A stretch of 62,709 nt of DNA, the filler included, from Basidioascus undulatus (taxonomy: Eukaryota): NCBI GenBank assembly GCA_000826855.1. It is 11 parts of 11 records of this genome, joined end to end, with 100 filler letters (N's around TTAATTAATTAA, not from the genome) between each part and the next. Parts side by side here need not be neighbours in the genome. Positions count along the whole stretch, not along the records: positions 1 to 3,715 come from JTLS01002339.1; positions 3,816 to 28,462 come from JTLS01000234.1; 9 more parts are not named here. One strand, given 5' to 3'. The notes under the pieces were generated by a model, which had not been told where the DNA came from, did not search any database, and was given only the letters and a program-made list of their open reading frames with translations. The position numbers and the translations under genes are program-made. Numbering within the stretch: the stretch's first letter is position 1; each line of letters starts with the position of its first letter. Shown here one piece after another: positions 1 through 13,151 of this stretch.

Positions 1-1127
1 CCCTCTCCCACGCCTACTTCCTCCGCACTCCTCTCCTCCCAACTCTTCTTCTCACCCCCTTCCCCCTCTCCTCCTCGCTCTTCCCGTCCGTCTCCCCCTC
101 CCCCTCCCGCACCCTCCTCCTCCCGCTCCTTCCTCTTCTTGCCCACCTCCACCTTCCCCTCCCCTGCCGGCGCAGGCGCAGGCGGCTTCTTCTGCTTCTT
201 CTTCATGCTGAGCGGGTTGGGGCCCTTGGGGCCCTTCCGATTCTTGCGTGGCTTCTCCTCCGCCTCCGTCTTCTCCGGCGCAGCGCCGTCCGTCGCGGGT
301 GCGGCGGTAGGTGCGGGAGCCGCGAGCGCCTCCTTCTCCTCCTTCGACTGTCCCGTCTTGCCCACCTCCAACTGGAACCATCCCTCCATATCAATCTACG
401 CCTCCGTAGGCCAGAGGAAAGCGTAGAAGGGGAAAGAGACGCACGAGAGCGATATGCCGCGTCGTCGTGTCCGAGGGCGGCTCGAGGACGAGCACGGCGC
501 GGTTGACGTGGACGGTCGGCACCCCGGGGATAACGCGCAAAGCCTTGCGGAGCTTCGGATCGAGCGTCGCAACAGCGTAGCGGTGCTTATTGGTCTCGCC
601 TGCCCATCCCCGTCCAACTATTCAACCCACGCCCGGGAGAGGAAGAGGGGGAGGAGGAAGCAGACGCACCGACCACGTCCCGCACGCACTCCTCCACCGG
701 CTTCGCCTCCTTATGGTTGCACTTCCGGCGCTCGCACGTCTTGGCTAGGTCCACCGCGGGCTGGAACTCATTCCCCAGCACATACAGTGCTTGCATCGCG
801 CATTGCGTGATCACTGTTGGCCGCCCCCACCTCAGTCTCCCTGTTGCTTGAAAGCGAGGGGGAGAGAGAGAAGGAGAGGGGACGCACTGAGCTTAGTCGA
901 CCCGCGCATGACGGTGTCCAGCGCCTTCTGGACGTCCATCTTCTGCTTGTGCGCGCAGAGGACAAACGAGTCGTCCAGGAGGACTTGGTACGGCTGACGG
1001 AAGCCGAAGTGCCGCTCATACTGCGTTTCCCCGCCCAACGCGTCAGCTTCGAGTGCGGGAAGGAGGGATGAAGGAGGCGCACCTGAGCGAGAAGCTTGGA
1101 GTACGCTTTTGCACGCTTGTTGCGCAT
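1..1127 (-). CDS. UTP23: rRNA-processing protein Utp23 (PIN/Fcf1 domain), 5 exons, 3' end runs off contig
   Basis: Spliced translation MRNKRAKAYSKLLAQ|YERHFGFRQPYQVLLDDSF...|MITQCAMQALY...CERRKCNH...|NKHRYAVAT...LRVIPGVP...LVLEPPS|...KGPKGPNPLSMKKK. GT-AG introns. Confidence 0.92.
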
Positions 1128-3715
1128 CGTGTGGGCGAGATGGGGAGTGAAGATGTGGGTGAGAAGACGGCGAGGCGAGGCAAGGCGAGGCGGATCGAAG
1201 CCGCTGAAAGTTCGTGAGAGGCGCTTACGTCGCCGAGAGTCGGACACGAAGCGCCAAACATGCAGTTTGTCACCTCAGACGATGTTCTGATTTAGGTCCA
1301 AATCTTTTATCCGAGAGTACGAATTCCTTTTGAAACTGGGCGACCCAGCAACCACCTGCCTGGCGGCATGCGGATGCGACGGCTAACGACCGCAGCAGTT
1401 TGAAGCGAAAATCGTTCGTCATCCCTGCCGACGCGAAGCGTCTATTCACATTTCGAATAGTACAATAATTTAAAATCAAACCTGTTCGAGCAGGTGTCCA
1501 TGTTTCAGCTATGTCTGAAGTGCGTAACAACATAAGAGCCTGTATCGCCATGTCGTTGCCCAGCCGTCCCAAGTATGCCATTCGCAGGCCCAATCACACA
1601 CTGACCAGCCCATGCCTGTAATCCCCTTCTCCAACCGTCCCCAGCAGAGATACATTGATTTCCACGCCCTCTCTGGGGCCCCATGGCCACCAAAAGCCTG
1701 AAAGTCGCGGCAGCTGGCGGTACATGTCTGTCGTCAGCGCACGCGGAGGATGAAGAACGAAGAAAAGCAGCATACCCAGAACCGAAATGAGTCCACATCA
1801 GGAGCGTTCCGGCTGTGTACCACTTATACTCTACGTGTTGTGGAGGATGCTGAGTGAATGATGCATGGGCGAGTGACAAGAGAGGCGCACCGGTACCGGT
1901 TTCGCGGTGCCGTGCAGGGGTTTACTGAGGGCTGTGCACAGCACTGCGAGGACCGGAAGGACACGTAAGGTCCTTCAGGGACTTTGATCTTGGATAAACG
2001 AGTGATAAGCGACTGACCAAGCCAGCCCAGCATCAGTACGCTGTGAACACCCGCATGCGTAGCCACAGTGGCCATCGGTTCTGTCTGATGGGGGATGCTA
2101 TAGCGGAGACTGTAGGGTCAGACCTCACATAATGAACAAACTGAAGAATGTCCCGACTAGAAGGCACTTGCAGGATGAAGATCCAGATCCATGTGAGGCC
2201 TGCGAAGACCGCGGCGGCTACGAAGACGTTTACTGGGAAAACGGTTGGGTCCTCTCAGCAGAATGAAGCCCTCGGGAAAGAAGGAAGGACTTTACTCATG
2301 CTCCTGTGATGGTCGCCTTGCGGAGAGTCAACACCGACAAGCAGGCTGGTCTGCACTATGGCGAGGATCACGGACAAGACCACGTTACATTTACCGTCAG
2401 CTGCAAATAGTACTTGAGCTATAGGAACAATCCTACGTGTGAACTTACAGTATAAGCCTAACCGCCTGAGGTCGTAAGGTCCCTTGAGCGGCGGCTCGGC
2501 CTTCCGACGAGTAGCTCTCCCCCCGCAGACGCGGCCAGCTCGGAGACGTGGGCCCTCCACATCGCATTGCCTTTCATACCCTGCCGAAAAAAGAGGAAGA
2601 GGAGAAATACGAATGTTCCGCCATCTGAGATGGGGACCGCGAGATGAAGACATGCTGGGCCAGGTTTGCGGAGGACGGCTCACACGCTATGGAGCAGATC
2701 CAGGCGAAAGTGTACACGGCTGGGGCGAGGTGGAACAGAGTCATAGCGGAGGAAATTGGGAGGTTTGATTGAATGTGAGTTTGTTATTAGGAAAGAAGGT
2801 TGGAATGATTGGCACAGGAAAGACGATAACTGAGCCGCCCTCCTCAGCCGCTCCTTCCCATCACAATCAAAGGCGACTCCCTAACACGTATAATCAGGGT
2901 CACCACCAACACTCGCAAGCGGTCCCCTGCCTTTCCCGACCGCTCGCCTGTCGAGGCTTGCCCCCAGCCAGAACGGCAGTGTGACCAGAGCAAGGCGGTC
3001 TGCACTGCGGTTGTAGTGAGGGAGACGACTGATGTGCTACTATGAGAAAGTGTGTCTCGTTTGGAGGATGGATGGGGCGAAAGTAATGTGTAGGGCGGTG
3101 AGCGCGTGTGTGGAGGTGATGAGGATGCTTGGCCGCGGTGGGGGAGCTGCCGGTAGGCGACATTGTGTGGGAAGGCGCTGGTCGTGGAGCAAGAAGAAGA
3201 GGGAATTGGGAGTGTATTAATTGCTCGGAAATATATCAAAGATACTGAATTTCAATTTGGTCGCATACAGCCCGCGAGGAAACAATGACCAGTGCAGGTT
3301 GTGCTCCCCGCTGCCACTTTCAGCTCAGAGATCGATAGTGGAAGCTACCTTCTCCAATCCAAGGATTTATTTGCTTCTGTTTTACATTCCAGCGAAAGTC
3401 ATTGTGCATAAGCACTCCGGAGTGCCAACGTGCAACGCAAGACCCGATCTGTCGTACCTGTCATCCTGTACCACACCGGGTCCGGATGCCCATCAGCCTC
3501 CTATTCCCGCTCAAGCGTCCAAAAGTTCCGATGAATATCAGTTCAGCGGGTACAGCTGTTTTGATAGAGTGTCAAAGCAGAGCCGATATTTGTGGATCTT
3601 GATGATCAACGTTGAAATACAACGTTGTTGGAGATTGAGAGGACGATCTAGCCTTTGACACCACTTTGACGGTTGACACCTCCTTTCGTCGCTGAACCCT
3701 TTCATCGCTTAGTGG

Positions 3716-3815
3716 NNNNNNNNNNNNNNNNNNNNNNNNNNNNNNNNNNNNNNNNNNNNTTAATTAATTAANNNNNNNNNNNNNNNNNNNNNNNNNNNNN
3801 NNNNNNNNNNNNNNN
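3716..3815. other. Artificial contig linker N44-TTAATTAATTAA-N44 (stops in all six frames)
   Basis: Identical 100-nt spacer also at 28463-28562, 32278-32377, 36092-36191, 39902-40001, 43709-43808, 47513-47612, 51315-51414, 55114-55213 and 58913-59012. Confidence 0.98.
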
Positions 3816-4229
3816 TCATAGACCCGGATTGTGCACCACTCTTCTGCCACACGAGCCGTATGGGCGTTGCTTCCAGCGGGCTTTTACGTCGGCAGTGACT
3901 GACGTGCACCGCACAGGAGGTTGCCTCGCGCGACCTCAAGCGTACCGCAGGGCATAATACGAAGGTCTTGAACCCCAACAGTGCTACCCGTCTCTCTTCT
4001 CAAACCTTTTTGGGGGTATTCAACTTGGACAACATGGATAAGGTTCAGTTGGGTTCAAGTTCTTGTCGTGTCGGGGGCTGCCCGGTGTCCACGCCGGAAT
4101 TTACGCACAAATGCAGGGGACGGGAGGCGTACACTAGACTAGAAAAATCTGCATGGATCTACCAAGCGAGAGCGACTCCTTTGGAGCTCGAGGCCGGGAA
4201 ACCAACACAAACGGTCGCAGGCCTGGCGG

Positions 4230-4740
4230 CTAGTGGAAGGGCTTTTCGGTCTGTGGGGTGATCCGGACAGCATGGCGCCGCTCGGTACCTTTATAGTCGA
4301 GAATGGCAGTATGGGAAACTAACTGATTGTCCCATAGCATGACGGTACCTGAAGAACGAAGAATGTGAGCACTCTGACGAGAAAAAGGTCAAGACAAAGC
4401 ACATCCACCGAGCCCCTACTTTGCGCGAACCTGGAAGTCGGCCCCTTCGCGAGGTGGCCGCAAAGGAAATTGAGGAGGTTTTCGCTTTCCTCTTTCTTCC
4501 AGCCAACGATCGAGCGGGAGAAGGCTGGGTTTACTCACAGCGCACGCTCGCCGGTGACAGCATGGGTGCGAATGAGCGGGTGGACATTCTCGACGGGCTC
4601 GCGGCGGACGTTTCAGCCGATCTTGGCGGAGATGCGCGAGTAGTCGGCCTACAGGTAAAACAAGAACATTTGAGTAAGACTGCTGTTGCTTAAGCGTTGC
4701 GCGAACATGAGTGCCCCAAGCCGCGGAGAAAGATCTCGTA
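4230..4740 (-). pseudogene. TauD/TfdA-family alpha-ketoglutarate dioxygenase (JLP1-like sulfonate dioxygenase), C-terminal half, disrupted
   Basis: ADYSRISAKIG*NVRREPVENVHPLIRTHAVTGERAL*VNPAFSRSIVGWKKEESENLLNFL...ADFQVR; GTVMLWDN; ILDYKGTERRHAVRITPQTEKPFH*. In-frame TGA at 4613-4615 and 4535-4537. Confidence 0.88.
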
Positions 4741-4760
4741 CCTGACCTCAATGGCGCCCA

Positions 4761-6201
4761 GGATTCATCCCTGACGTGGTGCTTTATCTGTCTTACTAGT
4801 GTTAGTAGAGGAGCCTCTCCCTCGTTGAGTCTGTTAACGCTTAGCGGGAGCTGCACCTGTATAGACACATCCGCAGAGCTGCCGATTCGACTTGCATTCT
4901 TCTGGGTTTCAAACTAGTGGCCAAATAATCTTTTCCTCCGAGAGGCACCCTGGAACGATGCTGAAGTCTTCTCCTCCAGCGCTTGTGATCTCGTTTCGTC
5001 CTTCCTGGTGAATGGAATCTTGAAAATGCGCGGCATCGGAGGACACCCAGGCTGGAGGTACCTGTTTCTCTCGAAGGCGCCCTCACTCTCGTAGTTCGCT
5101 TCGCAACCTTCTTATGATGCCTCGTGTGTCCTGGCCTTTAGTTATCCGAAATGACACAGCGCGCTGACCCTATCCTACAGCGAGTCCCACGCAAAGCAAG
5201 AAGTGGTTCCGACCCAATGGCTGTATGCTGATTCCATCCAGCTTTCTCTGCCGTTGCTCCCCTACTGTCTGCGTTCGGCTAACACGGCACGCTGGCGTCT
5301 TGTTCGCAGACTATACCGAGAGGGATCAATCGGATTCTCCGCGACGACACCGCGAAGTCTGACATGCATAACCGGTACGCCTTGGCCAAGGGTCTGTAAG
5401 CTTGACAGGAAGTCGCTCAACGGGAGGTGCCCTTTCTCAGTGAGGTCCCATCACTGTAGTGCTGAGTCCTGACCGCCTTCTGGCAGCTCATGATCATTAC
5501 GGCCATCAGCGAAGCCGTCGACAATGGCAGTATCGTTTCGATAGCAGACAACATCTGGGCTTTACCTTTGATGGTCGCGATCCAGGTGCGTGTCACGCCA
5601 ATCTTTTAATTTCGCACAACTCCTAAGGCTCAACGGACCCAGTTCAGGTTGCCTGGGCTAGTCGCAATTCAGGTGCTGTGCGCAACCGGACTGTCAGCGC
5701 GTCGATTGTGCGTACTCCCGTGCCAGGCTCTCACAAGTTTGATAGTTGCCTGAGACCCATGGCCTAAATTGTAGGTTTGTCCAGGTCAGCAGCATTATCG
5801 GAAATAATATGTATCGCTCGGACGATGCTCCCTACTGTGCGTATTCTCTTCTATTCCAGCCGACCCCTGCGGCCCGCCCCCCCAAGGCGTACACTCGTGG
5901 CTGACTTTAGTCCTTTCTAACAGATCACCGCGGCAACAAAGTCAACATCGCACTCATCTGCATGAACCTCACGGTCCGTATCTCCTTTCTCCAATCACGG
6001 TCCACACTACTTGACCTTCAGCTTACTGTTGCGCCCGGGTTCCCAGCTCTACATTGCGACGCACTTCTGATACACTTGGCAGAATCGGCGTCGCGAACGC
6101 ATCTGGAACTCGTGGACGCAGGAGGAAAGAAGCATTATCTCTCCATCTCCACCACTAAGGACGTTGGCACTCACCGTCTCGACTTCCGCTTCACCATCTG
6201 A
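4761..6201 (+). pseudogene. MFS transporter of the allantoate-permease family (SOA1/YIL166C-like), 5'-truncated and disrupted
   Basis: Exon fragments GFIPDVVLYLSY, TSAELPIRLAFFWVSN, GILKMRGIGGHPGWR, SPTQSKKWFRPNG, INRILRDDTAKSDMHNR, QVAWASRNSGAVRNRTVSAS, YRSDDAPY, RGNKVNIAL, WQNRRRERIWN...RLDFRFTI*. Stop at 6068-6070 plus frameshifts. Confidence 0.88.
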
Positions 6202-6830
6202 AAAAGCTGCCAATGGATTGTAGATTTGTAGAGCTCGTCGTGGCAAGGAGATAGTGACGCTTTCGGTTGGTTAGCGGAAGTTCTGTTCGGTCTATAAATT
6301 TAACAATTACGAAAATCCCGACCTGCATCAGTGAACACTGTGTTCCTTGCCGGCAAATGCACCCTTTTGACAGGCTGCGCCGCAGTGTCCGCAACAACGC
6401 GCCATTAACCGTCAGTAAAAGCGAGCGCATGAGGGCAATATCCCTTCCGATTACTGTTATCCCCCACGTCTCATCCGCTTTGAGGGCCATCCCCGGCAAA
6501 CGCGCGGTCATGCAGCCGAGAACGACTCCAAACTGTGAACATAAGCAATACGCACACTCGAGTAGCGCGAATGGGCATGTGGTTGGTATATTACGTGCAT
6601 TGTAAGATCACGAGACGTGCATATGAAAAGCGTCTAAAAGTGCAGTCGAAATAAGAAAAGCGGGCCGCACTGCGCGCGGCGGTCCCCACCGATGCAGCGC
6701 TGCCCTGCGAAACACAATCCGCGTCCCCGTGAAACCCCAATGTCAGTCTAGAAGATCGCTGTACGACAGCCGGGAGTGTAAGCGAGTGGGCATAAGGGAA
6801 AGGGAATGTGGAGAGGGAGATGGGCACACC

Positions 6831-8411
6831 TCATTGCGCCTTGTCCTTCGCCGCGGCGAGCTTCTTCGCCTCCGCCTGCTTCGCCCGGTACGCGTGGTAC
6901 TTGACGTCCGTGCCGAAGATGGTGTCCCACCACTGTGCGCGCGCCCAAACTCGCGTGTCAGCTGGGCGTTTCCGACGAACCAAGCGGGGGGATGAGAAGG
7001 AAGACGCACGCGGAAGGAGGACGAAAAGCACTCCGTAAACTTCTCGTGGTGGTAGTCGTCTGGATTACGCACAAGGATGCCAGAAATAAAAAGAAAGGAG
7101 GGAAGAAAGGAGGGAGGAGGACGTACGGTGCTCAGCGCCCGCCCAGAAGGGGAGGATGTTGCGGAGGGACCACCTGTGCGCATTCGTTCCTCGTCAACCT
7201 CGGCAATTGCAATCCACCCGCAGAAGACGAGACGCACGGGAAGTCGTAGCCCGAGTGGGCATCGACGGCCTGGAAGAGGCGGAGCGTGATCCAGATGTAC
7301 ATCGTGAGGATGTGCAGGTTCCCGAAAGCGGCCGAGTAGAGGATCGGCCCGCCAATCGTTCCAAAGCCGGTGACCATCACCTCGACGGGGTGCGCGTACT
7401 CGGCGGTCTGATTCCAAGCCATCAGTGTGGGGTGTCAGAAGGAGAGGAGGGAGGAAGAACGGGAGACGGATCAGGAGGCAGAGGAGAGGAAGACGCACGA
7501 GACCGAACGGCGCAGAGTACTCGTGGTGGAGCTTGTGGATGTGCTTGTACAGCGGGCCGTAGTGGAGCGCGCGGTGGAAGAAGTAGTGCCACGTGTCCTC
7601 GAAGACAAAGAATGCCGCGAGCTGGTACGCCATCGTCGAGAGCTGCGGGAAGGGCAGCTGGTACGTCTGCATGCCGAAGTGCTCGGCGATACTGCATTCC
7701 CCGAACAGAAACGTCAGTATCGTAGATTCGAAATCGAAGAAATGGCAAGGAGGAGAAGGAGAGTGAGAGGGGAGGAACAGGGCAGGGAATAGGGGAAGAA
7801 AAGAAGACGCACGGGTGGAACAGCCAGATCTGGGGGAGCTCGATCGTCAAGTGCTGGAGTAGGACGAGCTTGGTGCATCGCCACTGGGCCTCAGGCGAGG
7901 GGGCCTTGTGCTGAAAGATAACGGAAAGCGTGCATAAGCGGAGCGCAGGGAAAGGGGGACGTAGGAGGGCAAGGCAGAAAGAAGACGCTGGACGGCGGAC
8001 GCACAGGCTGCAGCTTCCACTTGCGGAAGTAGGGGATCGCATCGATGATAATCCAGGGGAGCGAGCGGCCGAAATAGACGATCTGGTTGTGTGTGGGTTT
8101 GTAGGTGTAAATTGGTCTGTATACGGAGGAAAGACGCGTGTGGCGAGGGGGTGGGCGGCGACTACTGACCTCGTGCATCAGGAAGCTCATAACGCCCGTC
8201 GCAATAACGGGGTTGCCCCACCACACATACCATGCCATCCAAAGCTTCGAGCGTGTAAGTCCACGATATATCAAGTGAGAAACACTGAACTCACCTTCTC
8301 GAAGAAGTTAAGGCTCGGAACGTCGATGCCCGCGTACAGGTCCGCGCCCTGCACCGCAGGCGGCGCGAGGAAGCTCGCGGTGGAATTTTGGAGGTAGGCG
8401 AAGGCGTCCAT
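6831..8411 (-). CDS. ERG25: C-4 methylsterol oxidase, multi-exon
   Basis: [113 protein letters not shown] (histidine boxes). Confidence 0.96.
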
Positions 8412-9277
8412 TGCCCCCTGAACGGCTTATTGGCGGAAAGGAGAGGAGGGGAGGTGAAGGTAGGAAGGTGAGTGAGGTGAGATGGGATGGAAGCACGTTG
8501 GGCCGTTGCCTGATCGAAAGTCGGCCGGCCGAGGGCGGGCCAGAGCGCTTAAGAGCGCGCGATGTCAGGCCATGATCGAAAGGCAGCGCAGCGCAAGGCG
8601 AATGCATCCAGTTGGCTCGATATTTTGTCAGTCTTTCTTCATATTTTGAATGCGAAAGGCTACATGAAAATGGGGGAGTTGATGGTGTGTCCACTGTGAG
8701 AGAATGGGAAGAACCGAGGCCGCCAATTTGCAGCGAGGAAGTTCAACAGTGGACTCACTCTTTCGTACCCATTCGCCCCATTCTACTCGGTATTGATGAC
8801 GGTTGTAACCATGATAATTTGTATTTATTATTATTTTATGTGCCGACTTCGCAGTGGGTTCGACATCGAAAACTGTTGAAGCTGCAGATAGGCAGCAGTT
8901 GCAGTGAAGACACATTACGTAATCTGATACCTACTTGATATTGGGCGATGCGGAAGTGGAGGTGCCAAGACACAAACGACAAACAAAAGCACACCGTCTG
9001 CTATCGTTACGGGTATTCCTTTCGGGAGCAACTGGCCTTCACGCAGCCCGTATGTAGCTCCCAGCGCCCTCCATCTGCCTTTCTCTCCTACTTCTTTGAG
9101 CAGTTCCCGAGGCGAGATCACAAGGTACGCATGCATCTCTCACAGTGCTGTTTAAATCTGAGCGAGCATGCTGAGGGCGCTGGGATTCCAGAGGGCACCC
9201 CGGAGCAGCTGTTGGTGTTCTCGTTCGTACCTACCTTTCACTTTCGCCAGCCGCCGGACGACGAGCGATCGCCTGCG

Positions 9278-11032
9278 ATGGGCCTCAAGGAGGCGCTGGG
9301 CGGGCTTGTCGTCAACACTGGCCGGTGAGTCGGTCGGGGGTCTGTTGGTTGTGCTGCGGAGGTCAAGGCAGCGACGGCTGACTTGCCGATGTTTGGGCTA
9401 GATTCATCACCTTCATTCAAGTACATCGAACTTACAGCTTCACATCTGATGTTTACCGATATCTGACTTGACTGGACGTCCCAGGTGCTCTTCTATCTCC
9501 CCCTAACGCTTCACATCGCCGGGCGCCCCACGTTCCTCTCGCTCTCGCTCACCCTCACGCTCTACTACGCCCTCCTCTCCTTCACGCACCTCCTCACGCG
9601 GCGCACGCCGCTCTCGGGGCTCTCCATCCTCCTCGCATCCACACAGCCCGTCTTTGTCCCCCTCGCCCTCCTCTGGACGTTCCACCTCCACGCGGGCGCG
9701 GACCCCGCCGCGCCGGACGCCGTCGGCTGGGCCGGGCGCGCGTTTGAGCGCCTGCTGAGGTGGAGCAGTCCGACGTTCTACCTCCTTGAGGGCGCGGCGA
9801 CGCTGCTCGTTATCCAGAGCGCGAACCAGATCAGCCGCGTCATTGTGCGCAACCGCGGAGAGGGCGCAAGCATCGTTGTGCGTCCCACCTCTCTGCCTTT
9901 CCTGTCCTCCTCCTTCCGTAGGTTAGTTTATCCAACCTCATCAAGCGCAGTTCCTCGTCCTCTCCTCCGCTATCTACGTCGTCTCCGGCCTCTCCATCCT
10001 CTCCTCCTATCCTTCCGCCGCAGCAATCCCCATCTCCGCGACGCTCCTCGGCGCGTGCGCGACCGCGACGCTCGCGCTCTCCGCCGCGGGGCTGATGACG
10101 CGCCGCACGAGCGTGGTCGAAACAAGCTTGATGGCGGCGTACATGTGCGTCTATTCCGTCTTGCCAGCTTGTCTAATCGGGTGCTGATGCTTGGGGTTGC
10201 AGCGCTTACTCCATCTGGCTATGCGGGGACGCGATCGAGGGCGTTGGGGGGTGGGGCGGACTGCAGTGGGGCGTGGGCGGCGGGCCGGGCTGGGTCGTGC
10301 AGAGGTGCGTTTTGTTCTCTTCTCCCTTCCTTTCATTCCGCCCTTCTGAACCTCGTCCCCCGAAACACAGCTTCTCCACGGCCTGGACCTTCCTCACCAC
10401 CGCCTTTGGCGACTCCCTCGACTTCATTACCGCTGCGTCCGTTCCCCTCCCGCTCAACTCTCCTCCTTGATTTCTCTTCTCACATTCTCTCCCTCATATT
10501 CGCAGGCTCGCGACCCTCCCCCCGCCGTTGCTCACCTCCCTCATCTTCCGCTGCTCCGTCCTCTCCCTCGCGAGCCGGATCATCCCCGCGCTCAAGCGCT
10601 CGCACGCCGCGGGCGCGTACTACACCGACGAGGACGACGGGTACGGCGGCAGGGGCCTCGGCGACGAGGAGCCGAGCGAGATGGTCATGACTGTGCTCGT
10701 CGCGTTTGCGCGCATGATTCTGGTCTGCGTTTATAGCCATTTGCTGCGTGCGTCCGCTATTTCATTCATCTGAGGTCATCCGATGGGGGACGCGGCCTGA
10801 TAAGAGAGGTGCGGAGCAGTGCTCGACCAGGGTGCTCAGCTGTGGTGGCGATGGTGCGTCGCGTCTCTGCCTCTCTCTGCCTCACAGCTTCCCACATACT
10901 GACACGTGCCGCGCGAACTGCAGGGCCAACGTCTTCTGGACGCTCTTCCTCTGGGCGACGGAACTCCTGCTGTCCAAGGACGAAGAAGAGGTGGACGGCG
11001 CGGCGCTCGCGCAGCGGTGGAAGATCGACTGA
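9278..11032 (+). CDS. ICE2: ER membrane protein Ice2 family, multi-exon
   Basis: LFYLPLTLHIAGRPTFLSLSLTL, LLRWSSPTFYLLEGAATLLVIQS, VVETSLMAAY, ARMILVCVYSHLL, WRWANVFWTLFLWATELL. Confidence 0.85.
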
Positions 11033-12168
11033 TCTGCCTGTCCAGCCCCATCCATATTCCCATCCTCATCCACATTTCTATCCGCTTCCCTTCCCTTCCA
11101 CCTCCCTTTTTACCTTTTCGCGGCTCCCGGCTAGACGCCACCGAGTTGGATACGATACGAAGTTGGGGCGCTGTTGTAGTTCATTTTCGCGCGGACTTTT
11201 GGGGAGTGGGATATGGGATGGAAATGAGGAGATATGGGAGGGGAGGGCGCGGATGGACACTGGGTTACCCTGGGAAGATGCGGTGTGGCGCGCGAGGGAC
11301 GGGATGGGTGTGTTCAGCGTTGGGAGGGAGAAGGAGGGGAGTGGGAAGCATTCATTGGTGATAGCCTGTGTATGAGGGTGTTTTCGAACAACTCCACTTA
11401 CAATTGCGAATAATCTTGACGCCGAGGTGTGCGAATGCCGATAAAGAGGAGTCCCGCTGGTCGAGCGCTTCGCGGAATGCAGCAGGGTGGCAGAATGGAT
11501 AGCTTCAATCGACGCGCGCAGCGTCCGTCTCTGACTTGATAGTCCCATGGACGTCTCAATGTATTGTAGCCACAGGCACCGAGCATTTTCCGCTGCAAAC
11601 AGTCCAAGTACGCGTCGGTAAGCCGGCACTTTTTCACGCAGTCCTCCCTCCAGACCGTGAAAAATTTCTATCAAACACTGGTACACTAAAAGCGTACGAG
11701 AATGGCGGCAATTGTCGGGAGGTCGCTGCGACGCGGTGGACAGCTGTGTGCAGCGCCCGCAAGCCTGCGAGGGGGAGACCATCACCTCCGGCAATGACAA
11801 TGTATGCAACAATGATTTCCATGGTATGAATTCTGTCCGGGTGACAAAATCAATGATCAATACGAATGCGAGAATGCTTGACTGCCCTGGCCGCGTGAAT
11901 AGGCCAGGGGGAATACCTCCGACGTATGAGTGCGAGTGTAGGAGGGGAAAAGAAAGGGAATGAAGGAATGCGATAGGACTGGGCTGAGTGTATGTTTGAA
12001 TGCCCTGACCGCGTGAATAGGCCAAAGACAGGTGCAAACGGTGGGAAGGGGTGAAGAGTGGATACGAAGGTACTGGGACCGAAGTTTCCTGCAAAGGATG
12101 AAGGACGCTTCGATGAGACTGGGCCCCAAAAACGAACGATGCCTGGCCCGAGAGAGGAAGATACGAAC

Positions 12169-13151
12169 CTAGCTCCTGGGGATGAGGCGGACCGGGTAGA
12201 TCTGCCTGAAGGAAGGCCGCTCCGTCCATCTCCGCCAGTACGCCTGCCCTCGAAGATGAGCAGACGTGTCCTGCGTTCCTTCCAGTCAAGCACAAGGACT
12301 TACAGCCACGTTCGGTCCCGGACGGACTCCCACCTTGGCAGCGACGCTGTCGATGCCGCTCGCGTCCATAGCGCCCCCACACTCGTCCACGATCCGCGCC
12401 AGCAGAGCGCAGAGATGAAGGTCGCAGACGGTCAAGTCCTCACCGAGCACCCAAGGGCCCTCGATGTCCTCCTCGAAGCGCTTCAGGGCTTCGCCGACGA
12501 CCTCCCACGCCTTCTCGCTGGCTTTGAAGAATTCGTCGCGTTTTCGCGCCGCCTCGTCGGTAAGGTGCTCGCTGTTGTGTTGGAGAAACACGTCGAGTAG
12601 CGCGCGGTTCGCGTCTGCTTTCATGGAGAACCAAAGACGGCGGTCGGGAATAGACGTGTCGCTGAAATGGTCGAGAGCAGCTTGTCTGGAGCGTAGATAC
12701 GCTTCGGAGAAAGCTGTCCAGCGGAGGTGCGGTCAGCGTATGCAATCAGGGGGGAAGCGGCTTTCGGCGCCTTTCTGACATACCTGCCCTGGCGGAAAGC
12801 TCGACTCGTGTACAGGCGGATAGAGAAAGGAAGTTGGGGTCGAGGGCGGGGGTGTGAATGAAGTCGATCAGGTTGTCGCAGCGGGCCATGAGGTGAGGGA
12901 GGGGAACGAGCGAGGGCATCGAGCGTCGCCTGGACGCGAGATAAAGAACGATGGACTGCCGATTATTGGTTTTTAAGTTGTAGGAACCAAAGCAAAAAGC
13001 GGTGAAGAGCGCACTTTCGTGTCCGTGAGAGCTTTGAATCCCAGGGTCCCGGGGGTATACGTAGACGACTCGGTGTCATGCACGATAAGCGTGGGGACAG
13101 TGCCCGATGGGTTGATAGACAGGAAGGAAGGATGGAAGTTGTTTCCGGATG
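12169..13151 (-). CDS. Glutathione S-transferase-like protein (GST_N + GST_C); first exon(s) not recognisable
   Basis: NFHPSFLSINPSGTVPTLIV...KALTDTK|SIVLYL...DPNFLSL...|GPWVLGEDLTVCDLHLCALLARI...|AYWRRWTERPSFRQIY. These exons join in frame. Confidence 0.78.

Noticed and set aside
11078..12382. 434-aa minus-strand ORF
   Set aside because: It has no recognisable motif, overlaps the GST last exon out of frame, and is probably a chance ORF.
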